The position numbers and the translations under genes are program-made. The notes beneath the pieces are model-generated. The model saw only the letters and a program-made list of their open reading frames with translations, searched no databases and was not told the DNA's origin. A stretch of DNA of 22,259 nucleotides from a virus (Duplodnaviria; Heunggongvirae; Uroviricota; Caudoviricetes). The stretch is taken from the IMG/VR virus record IMGVR_UViG_2703718804_000008; one strand, 5' to 3'. The number at the start of each line of letters is the position of its first letter. Position 1 is the stretch's first letter. Positions 1 to 6,683 of this stretch are shown here, piece by piece.

Positions 1-318
1 ATGAAAAAGATAGCTGCTATATCATTAATTAGTATTTTTATTATGTCTGGTTGTGCTGTGCATAATGATGAGACAAGTATCGGTAAATTTGGTCTTGCAT
101 ATAAAAGTAATATTCAGCGTAAACTCGATAATCAATACTACACCGAAGCCGAAGCTTCTTTAGCCAGGGGCAGAATATCTGGTGCAGAAAATATAGTAAA
201 AAATGATGCAGCCCATTTCTGTGTTACTCAGGGCAAAAAAATGCAGATAGTTGACCTGAAGACAGAAGGTGCAGGATTACATGGCGTCGCTCGTCTGACA
301 TTCAAATGTGGAGAGTGA
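1..318 (+). CDS. Small secreted lipoprotein (hypothetical), likely host flank
   Basis: 105-aa ATG-initiated ORF; N-terminus MKKIAAISLISIFIMSGC looks like a signal peptide with a lipobox Cys; AT-rich unlike the prophage backbone; lies outside the putative att core. Confidence 0.5.
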   Translation: MKKIAAISLISIFIMSGCAVHNDETSIGKFGLAYKSNIQRKLDNQYYTEAEASLARGRISGAENIVKNDAAHFCVTQGKKMQIVDLKTEGAGLHGVARLTFKCGE

Positions 319-476
319 GAATATTTTTTGGTAAGCATCAAACATGCGCGTTCTGGTTGTGCTTAGCCGGAACCTGTGCGAGCACGATGCCGTTACGTGA
401 AAGGCATCGTGCTATGAAGGGAGATTCTATCGATGTGGTCAATGGAAGACGGTGACCAGGGATAGGGCTTATGCAT

Positions 477-503
477 AAAAAATAAGCCCGTGTAAGGGAG
501 ATT
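477..503. other. attL: Putative P2-type attachment-site core (attL), 27 bp
   Basis: AAAAAATAAGCCCGTGTAAGGGAGATT lies ~80 bp beyond the 3' end of int; it matches my recollection of the P2 att core. Recalled, not searched. Confidence 0.45.
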
Positions 504-582
504 TAGGGTGTCACCAGTAGGGGCTTTCAACGGTACAATGCGGGTTTGAGCGGCATAAATTACCACTGAAAGCCCTTAAACG

Positions 583-1596
583 TTACTCTACTGTGGACAC
601 TGTGTGGACACTCTCGACCTCAGTACCACCTCTTAGCGGATTAAGAGAAATGGCGTCCTGAAGGTACTCTGGCGCAAAATGAGCGTAAACCATAGTTTGC
701 TCAATCCGCGTGTGACCTAGTATCCGTTGTAGCGTGATAATACTTCCTCCATTAATCATGAAATGAGTGGCAAAGCTGTGCCTTAGTGCATGTGTAGCTT
801 GCCCCATTGGCAAATCCGGTTTTATTGCTTTCATTGTTCGTCTGAAGCGAGGGTAATCAGCATCAGGGAATAAAAAACCTCGTTTGTTATCCGCGATCAT
901 TTTGGCAACAGCCTCTGAGATCGGGACGGTGCGTGGTTTGTTTGTTTTCGTTTTAACAAACGTGACGCGGTTATGGATGATATTTTCTGCTTTCAAACGA
1001 GCTGCTTCTCCCCAACGTGCTCCAGTACTCAGGCAAAGAATCGCAATCTTTTTGTTGTCGCCGTCAAGAGCAGCAAGCAGTAAGGCAATTTCTTCCTGCG
1101 TGAGATAGCCTGTGTCTGGTTTTTCCTCCTTAAGCCTTTTTGTCCCTCTGATAGGGTGCTCACCAAAGAATAACTCCGCTTCAATCAGGGCTGTAAACAT
1201 GCCGCTAATACATGTTAAATCACGATTGATACTCGAAGGTTTAATACCCTGACTTCTTCGGGTGGCGCAGTACTGGCTGATAAGCGATTTCGTAATTTGA
1301 AATGCGCATGGGTCATTCGTTATTTTTGTGAAGATTTCAATTTTTCCAAGATTAGATTTCCCATGCTCTTCGTGTTTACCCTTTAAATCCCACCAGATCT
1401 GTGTCAGCTCCGACAGACGTCGCTTGTCTGTTGGTTTTGATAGCCATTCTTTATTGTGGTGGTTGTACAACGTGTATTTCTCGAAAGCGACAGCTTCGCT
1501 TTTCTTATCAAACTTCCTACGGATGCGTTTTCCATTACGTCCAGTAGGGCGGATGTCCACTTCATATCGACCATCATCGAGTTTTTTGATTGCCAT
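583..1596 (-). CDS. int: Tyrosine integrase (P2 Int-like)
   Basis: 337 aa, ATG start. Tyrosine-recombinase catalytic residues visible: R in GARWGEAARL, H-x-x-R in HALRHSFATH, H...Y in GHTRIEQTMVYAHF. Adjacent to att and to repressor C. Confidence 0.95.
   Translation of the reverse strand: MAIKKLDDGRYEVDIRPTGRNGKRIRRKFDKKSEAVAFEKYTLYNHHNKEWLSKPTDKRRLSELTQIWWDLKGKHEEHGKSNLGKIEIFTKITNDPCAFQITKSLISQYCATRRSQGIKPSSINRDLTCISGMFTALIEAELFFGEHPIRGTKRLKEEKPDTGYLTQEEIALLLAALDGDNKKIAILCLSTGARWGEAARLKAENIIHNRVTFVKTKTNKPRTVPISEAVAKMIADNKRGFLFPDADYPRFRRTMKAIKPDLPMGQATHALRHSFATHFMINGGSIITLQRILGHTRIEQTMVYAHFAPEYLQDAISLNPLRGGTEVESVHTVSTVE
592..611. repeat. Tandem direct repeat TGTGGACAC x2 (11-bp period), candidate Int arm-type binding sites
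   Basis: TGTGGACAC at 592-600 and 603-611, inside the last codons of int next to att. P2 Int arm sites are direct repeats of this kind as I recall. Confidence 0.4.
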
Positions 1597-1711
1597 CAGA
1601 AAACCCTCCGAGTGGTGTGTTTTTTTGCGACTACTAATCGCTTTTTTCGTGGTGGCTGAAATTTAGCCACCAATAGTAGGCACTTGTGATGAATATATTC
1701 ACGATGAATTG

Positions 1712-2011
1712 TTAACCAGTCTTTTGACCGGAGTGGGGCGACGTTGTTTCGTTTTGCCCAAAGTGTGCGAGAGCGGGCGCAATTTGCCCGGACTCAGGAG
1801 CGATCTGATTGGTCATGAACCATAAAGTGTATTTGGTGAATTGTGGGGTCTGCAGGATGTTCATCATGACATCTGTTGGAGGTGTTGAACGACCACTTTC
1901 ATAGTAACTCAGCGTGCCATACGGAACCCCTGTTAAATCAGCAAGTTGTTGTCTGCTCAAATACTCTGATTTTCGCATTAAGACTATCTTCTCGCTTATC
2001 GTGTTTGACAT
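1712..2011 (-). CDS. C: Immunity repressor C (P2 C-like)
   Basis: 99 aa, ATG start; helix-turn-helix-like segment LSRQQLADLTGVPYGTLSYYE; upstream of int on the same strand and divergent from cox. Confidence 0.9.
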   Translation of the reverse strand: MSNTISEKIVLMRKSEYLSRQQLADLTGVPYGTLSYYESGRSTPPTDVMMNILQTPQFTKYTLWFMTNQIAPESGQIAPALAHFGQNETTSPHSGQKTG

Positions 2012-2125
2012 GGTGTTTAGATCTCAATAGTATTTAGTTTAGATGTAGATTGTTTAGTGCTTGGATGTGGGCACTAAAAGGCATTATAAGACATTAAACG
2101 CAATTCATGAGGGCTAGAGGACGAC
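2012..2125. promoter_or_regulatory. Lysis/lysogeny switch region (Pe/Pc promoters and C operators)
   Basis: 114-bp gap between divergent C and cox. GTTTAGAT occurs at 2015-2022 and 2037-2044 (22 bp apart), with further TTTAG copies at 2033-2037 and 2053-2057. Promoter -10/-35 positions not resolved. Confidence 0.5.
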
Positions 2126-2401
2126 ATGAGCAAGCAAGTAACACTCATGACTGATGCGATTCCTTATCAGGAGTTCGCAAAACTAATAGGAAAATCGACA
2201 GGAGCGGTTCGTCGGATGATCGATAAAGGAAAGCTGCCTGTAATTGATATGACCGATCCACAATCAGCTTCAGGTCGTGCAGGTGAATATTGGGTATACC
2301 TTCCGGCATGGAATAACGGACTAAAACTGGCTTATGAAAGCCGCCCTAAAGAGATTCGTGACGGCTGGTTGATGTGGTTAGGTCTCGGTGAACCACGTTA
2401 A
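2126..2401 (+). CDS. cox: Cox-like excisionase / early-operon regulator
   Basis: 91 aa, ATG start; first gene of the rightward early operon, opposite C. Confidence 0.85.
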   Translation: MSKQVTLMTDAIPYQEFAKLIGKSTGAVRRMIDKGKLPVIDMTDPQSASGRAGEYWVYLPAWNNGLKLAYESRPKEIRDGWLMWLGLGEPR

Positions 2402-2411
2402 GGAGAACCGT

Positions 2412-2582
2412 ATGAATGAGCCTCGTTGTATTGCTCAGTTACTGCGTAACGAAAGCCCCAGGGCGATTGACTTCACCATCACCCACGGTAAGGGGCGTAA
2501 GGGAATCATTATCCGCACCAAAAAACAGAGTCCGTTAAAAAAGGCTCTGACCTTTCTGAAAAGCCGGAGGGTATGGAAATGA
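2412..2582 (+). CDS. Hypothetical small early protein (P2 orf78 position)
   Basis: The track ORF begins with GTG at 2388; the first ATG is at 2412, preceded by AGGAG at 2401-2405. 56 aa, basic; its stop overlaps the next start (ATGA). Confidence 0.55.
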   Translation: MNEPRCIAQLLRNESPRAIDFTITHGKGRKGIIIRTKKQSPLKKALTFLKSRRVWK

Positions 2583-3079
2583 CAGTGATGACGCTCAATC
2601 TCGTTGAAAAACAGCCAGCAGCTATGCGCCGGATAATTGGCAAGCATCTTGCCGTCCCTCGCTGGCAGGATACATGTGATTATTATAATCAGATGATGGA
2701 GCGCGAACGGCTAACGGTTTGCTTTCATGCACAGTTAAAACAGCGTCACGCAACGATGCGTTTTGAAGAAATGAACGACGTCGAACGTGAACGACTGGTT
2801 TGTGCAATTGATGAATTGCGTGGCGCATTCTCAAAACGCCGTCAGGTTGGTGCAAGTGAGTATGCATATATTAGTTTTTTAACAGTCAGTCAGCGTCGCA
2901 CTTTATTTATGCACGCACGACTGACTGAAAAAGAATTCAACCAGCCATACTGGCGAATTAATGAAGAATCATGTTACTGGCGTGATGCTTTGTTCCGTGC
3001 ATTACGTGAATTATTCAGCCTGTTTGAGTATGCACCGACAATTCTGACGTCGGTAAAACCAGAGCAATATCTGCATTAA
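2579..3079 (+). CDS. B: Replication protein B-like
   Basis: 166 aa from the ATG at 2579 (GGAGG 8 nt upstream; ATGA overlap with the preceding ORF). An alternative ATG at 2573 gives 168 aa. Position matches P2 B. Confidence 0.7.
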   Translation: MTVMTLNLVEKQPAAMRRIIGKHLAVPRWQDTCDYYNQMMERERLTVCFHAQLKQRHATMRFEEMNDVERERLVCAIDELRGAFSKRRQVGASEYAYISFLTVSQRRTLFMHARLTEKEFNQPYWRINEESCYWRDALFRALRELFSLFEYAPTILTSVKPEQYLH

Positions 3080-3142
3080 ATAATTAACCAGAGTTTTTAA
3101 CGCACTTAATCGTGCGGGGCTTCTTTTTGCCTGGAGAAAGTC

Positions 3143-3367
3143 ATGCATACAGTTTCTGAAAATCAGTGCGGTATATACGCATTACTGCTGCAACAGGCCA
3201 GAACCGAAGCACAGGCCGACGCTGCGACGCGCTTTTCTTCTCATCTTGACGCCATGATTCTCCACATCACAAAGGCGGAGTTATCCCGCGTGGAGATAGT
3301 CGAGCTGCTCAGTCAGGAGTCGGAAAAATTTCACAATATCGGATTGTCTCGCGGGGAGGTGCTTTGA
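3143..3367 (+). CDS. Hypothetical early protein (P2 orf80 position)
   Basis: 74 aa, ATG start with GGAGAAAG upstream; stop overlaps the next start. Confidence 0.6.
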   Translation: MHTVSENQCGIYALLLQQARTEAQADAATRFSSHLDAMILHITKAELSRVEIVELLSQESEKFHNIGLSRGEVL

Positions 3368-3669
3368 TGTCCTGTTCTCGTTCAATTGTATTACTGAATA
3401 ACGCCTTAAAAATCGCCGTTATGGAAAATGGCGATTTGTCTCTTATTCAACTTGGTCTTGATAAAGAAAAGCGCGACATAACTGAATCTGTTATCGCGAT
3501 TTATCAGAGCGAATTAAACCTCCTGTCTGATGTGATCAATTTACTTGTGAAACGCGCTGTATTTCACAAGCAAATTTCCTCAGTGGATGAACTGACAAAA
3601 TTAACGACAGAACTCGCCAGCTATTGCGCTGATGAATTTAAGAAACTGAACGACAAAAGGAACTGGTAA
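3367..3669 (+). CDS. Hypothetical early protein (P2 orf81 position)
   Basis: The track ORF starts at TTG 3364; the first ATG is at 3367, overlapping the upstream TGA. 100 aa. Confidence 0.6.
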   Translation: MSCSRSIVLLNNALKIAVMENGDLSLIQLGLDKEKRDITESVIAIYQSELNLLSDVINLLVKRAVFHKQISSVDELTKLTTELASYCADEFKKLNDKRNW

Positions 3670-3893
3670 TGCCGGACAACGTAGATTTCATTCAGGAACA
3701 ACAGGCTGAATTACTGGAGCGCCAGATTAACGCGGCAAGGGTAAAACATTGCTGTGCTTCTGCGCTGGTTTGCGAAGAGTGTGATGCGCCAATACCTGCT
3801 GCCCGTCGTGCGGCTTATCCGTCAGCCACGCGTTGTGTTTCCTGCCAGTCAGTCTTTGAAGCAAAAAACAAGCATTACCGGAGAATGGCATGA
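3669..3893 (+). CDS. TraR/DksA-type C4 zinc-finger protein (P2 orf82 position)
   Basis: 74 aa; four Cys in two CxxC pairs (CEEC ... CVSC) near the C-terminus; TAATG overlap with the upstream gene. Confidence 0.65.
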   Translation: MPDNVDFIQEQQAELLERQINAARVKHCCASALVCEECDAPIPAARRAAYPSATRCVSCQSVFEAKNKHYRRMA

Positions 3894-4165
3894 GTATTCG
3901 TATCGAAATTGGCGAACGTTATGTCGTTACCAGTGACAGCTTTCAGTTTATTCTCCACGAGAAAAAGAGAGCGGAAAGCGGTAAAAACGCCGGTCAGGAA
4001 TGGCTGTCGGTGGTTGGTTATTACCCGAAATTAAGCCAGCTCGTTTCCGGCCTGATGCATCACGATATTCTGACCGGAAGCGCAAAGTCTTTTGCTGATT
4101 TAAACGCGCAGGTTGAGCAACTCAGCAAGCGTTGTTCAGAGGCTTTTGGCTCATATGGCCGTTAA
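3890..4165 (+). CDS. Hypothetical early protein (P2 orf83 position)
   Basis: 91 aa, ATG start overlapping the upstream stop (ATGA). Confidence 0.55.
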   Translation: MSIRIEIGERYVVTSDSFQFILHEKKRAESGKNAGQEWLSVVGYYPKLSQLVSGLMHHDILTGSAKSFADLNAQVEQLSKRCSEAFGSYGR

Positions 4166-6149
4166 AGCCTCCGGGCGTTTTGTCCCTCCGTCAGCATTTG
4201 CCGCAGGCACCGGTAAGGCGTTTACCGGTGCTTATGCATGGAACGCGCCACGCGAGGCTGTCGGGCGCGAAAGACCCCTTACACGTGACGAGATGCGTCA
4301 GGTGCAAGGTGTTTTATCCACGATTAACCGCCTGCCTTACTTTTTGCGCTCGCTGTTTACTTCACGCTATGACTACATCCGGCGCAATAAAAGCCCGGTA
4401 CACGGGTTTTATTTCCTCACATCCACTTTTCAGCGTCGTTTATGGCCGCGCATTGAGCGTGTGAATCAGCGCCATGAAATGAACACCGACGCGTCGTTGC
4501 TGTTTCTGGCAGAGCGTGACCATTATGCGCGTCTGCCGGGGATGAATGACAAGGAGCTGAAAAAGTTTGCCGCCCGTATCTCATCGCAGCTTTTCATGAT
4601 GTATGAGGAACTCTGCGATGCCTGGGTGGATGCGCATGGCGAAAAAGAATCGCTGTTTACGGATGAGGCGCAGGCGCATCTGTATGGTCATGTTGCTGGC
4701 GCTGCACGTGCTTTCAATATTTCCCCGCTTTACTGGAAAAAATACCGTAAAGGGCAGATGACCACGAGGCAGGCATATTCTGCCATTGCCCGCCTGTTTA
4801 ACGATGAGTGGTGGACTCATCAGCTTAAAGGCCAGCGTATGCGCTGGCATGAGGCGTTACTGATTGCTGTCGGGGAGGTCAATAAAGACCGTTCTCCTTA
4901 TGCCAGTAAACATGCCATTCGTGATGTGCGTGCGCGCCGCCAGGCAAATCTGGAATTTCTTAAATCGTGTGACCTTGAAAACAAGGAAACCGGCGAGCGC
5001 ATCGACCTTATCAGTAAGGTGATGGGCAGTATTTCTAATCCAGAAATTCGCCGGATGGAGCTGATGAACACCATCGCCGGTATTGAGCGTTACGCCGCCG
5101 CAGAGGGTGATGTGGGGATGTTTATCACGCTGACCGCGCCGTCAAAGTATCACCCGACACGTCAGGTCAGAAAAGGCGAAAGTAAAACCGTCCAGCTAAA
5201 TCACGGCTGGAACGATGAGGCATTTAATCCAAAGGATGCGCAGCGTTATCTCTGCCGTATCTGGAGCCTGATGCGCACGGCATTCAAGGATAATGATTTA
5301 CAGGCCTACGGTTTGCGTGTTGTTGAACCACACCACGACGGAACGCCGCACTGGCATATGATGCTTTTTTGTAATCCACGCCAGCGTAACCAGATTATTG
5401 AAATCATGCGTCGCTATGCGCTCAAAGAGGATGGCGACGAAAGAGGAGCCGCGCGAAACCGTTTTCAGGCAAAACATCTTAACCGGGGCGGTGCTGCGGG
5501 GTATATCGCAAAATACATCTCAAAAAACATCGATGGCTATGCACTGGATGGTCAGCTCGATAATGATACCGGCAGGCCGCTGAAAGATACTGCTGCGGCT
5601 GTTACCGCATGGGCGTCAACGTGGCGAATTCCGCAATTTAAAACGATTGGCCTGCCGACAATGGGGGCTTACCGTGAACTACGCAAATTGCCTCGCGGCG
5701 TCAGTATTGCTGATGAGTTTGACGAACGCGTCGAGGCTGCTCGCGCTGCCGCAGACAGTGGTGATTTTGCGTTGTATATCAGCGCGCAGGGTGGGGCAAA
5801 TGTCCCGCGCGATTGTCAGACTGTCAGGGTTGCCCGTAGCCCGTCGGATGACGTTAACGAGTACGAGGAAGAAGTCGAGAGAGTGGTCGGCATTTACGCG
5901 CCGCATCTCGGCGCGCGTCATATTCATATCACCAGAACGACGGACTGGCGCATTGTTCCGAAAGTTCCGGTCGTTGAGCCTTTGACTTTAAAAAGCGGCA
6001 TCGCCGCGCCTCGGAGTCCTGTCAATAACTGTGGAAAGCTCACCGGTGGTGATACTTCGTTACCGGCTCCCACACCTTCTGAGCACGCCGCAGCAGTGCT
6101 TAATCTGGTTGATGACGGTGTTTCGAATGGAATGACCCGGAGGTTGTGA
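4155..6149 (+). CDS. A: Rolling-circle replication initiator (P2 gpA-like HUH endonuclease)
   Basis: HUH-type motif HHDGTPHWHMMLF and two-tyrosine motif GYIAKYISKN (phiX174 gpA-like YxxKY). The track ORF opens at TTG 4113; the first ATG is 4155 (664 aa). Start uncertain. Confidence 0.9.
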   Translation: MAVKASGRFVPPSAFAAGTGKAFTGAYAWNAPREAVGRERPLTRDEMRQVQGVLSTINRLPYFLRSLFTSRYDYIRRNKSPVHGFYFLTSTFQRRLWPRIERVNQRHEMNTDASLLFLAERDHYARLPGMNDKELKKFAARISSQLFMMYEELCDAWVDAHGEKESLFTDEAQAHLYGHVAGAARAFNISPLYWKKYRKGQMTTRQAYSAIARLFNDEWWTHQLKGQRMRWHEALLIAVGEVNKDRSPYASKHAIRDVRARRQANLEFLKSCDLENKETGERIDLISKVMGSISNPEIRRMELMNTIAGIERYAAAEGDVGMFITLTAPSKYHPTRQVRKGESKTVQLNHGWNDEAFNPKDAQRYLCRIWSLMRTAFKDNDLQAYGLRVVEPHHDGTPHWHMMLFCNPRQRNQIIEIMRRYALKEDGDERGAARNRFQAKHLNRGGAAGYIAKYISKNIDGYALDGQLDNDTGRPLKDTAAAVTAWASTWRIPQFKTIGLPTMGAYRELRKLPRGVSIADEFDERVEAARAAADSGDFALYISAQGGANVPRDCQTVRVARSPSDDVNEYEEEVERVVGIYAPHLGARHIHITRTTDWRIVPKVPVVEPLTLKSGIAAPRSPVNNCGKLTGGDTSLPAPTPSEHAAAVLNLVDDGVSNGMTRRL

Positions 6150-6433
6150 GGGCGCTCAGAAGCGCATTAAAACACGGCCTGAGAAGACCAAACCGTCAGC
6201 AAAGAAACGGAAGCCCCTTAAAACCACATGAAATTGCACCATCGGCCAGACTGACCCGGTCGGAAAGAATGCAAATCACCCGTATCCGCGTTGACCTTGC
6301 TCAGAACGGTATCAGGCCGCAGCGATGGGAGCTTGAGGTGCTGGCGCGTGGGGCAACGGTAAGCTATTGTGGGGAAAAATTTACGTATCCGGTCGCTGAT
6401 GAGGGGGCGGGATTTGTAGTATGTAAATGGTGA
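6146..6433 (+). CDS. Hypothetical protein, GTG start overlapping the A stop (P2 orf91 position?)
   Basis: 95-aa ORF starting with GTG in a GTGA overlap with the A stop codon; arginine-rich; same GC-rich composition as the backbone. No motif recognised. Confidence 0.4.
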   Translation: MRALRSALKHGLRRPNRQQRNGSPLKPHEIAPSARLTRSERMQITRIRVDLAQNGIRPQRWELEVLARGATVSYCGEKFTYPVADEGAGFVVCKW

Positions 6434-6683
6434 AGATAAGATGGGTTTTTGTCTGTAACGCATTGTTTTATATGGTTATATTTGATTTTTTGTAACGTGT
6501 GTTCATGTTTTCTTTGCTATGATTCATACTACTGCTATAGATGGCTAAAGATATAGGTTGTTGCTTAAATGTATATAGATAATTAAACGCCTTAATTTTT
6601 GATGAGATGTGTCATAAAGTGGAGTCTGTATGGCATAATTTTATGGGGCATGACATTTATACCATTCTTAAAAAGGAGATTAT
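6434..6683 (+). promoter_or_regulatory. AT-rich upstream region of the cargo cassette (probable own promoter plus RBS)
   Basis: 250 bp of very AT-rich non-coding DNA; AAGGAG at 6673-6678 five nt before the ATG at 6684; TGGCATAAT (extended -10-like) at 6631-6639. No convincing -35 found. Confidence 0.3.

Noticed and set aside
319-582. tRNA or tmRNA gene at the integration site
   Set aside because: Many prophages integrate at tRNA genes, but I see no cloverleaf-compatible sequence here; the stem-loop at 381-413 does not have tRNA architecture.
884-1666. Plus-strand ORFs (884..1108, 1328..1666, 1456..1659) inside and opposite the integrase gene
   Set aside because: Antisense shadow ORFs within a well-supported int CDS; non-ATG starts, no RBS, no motifs.
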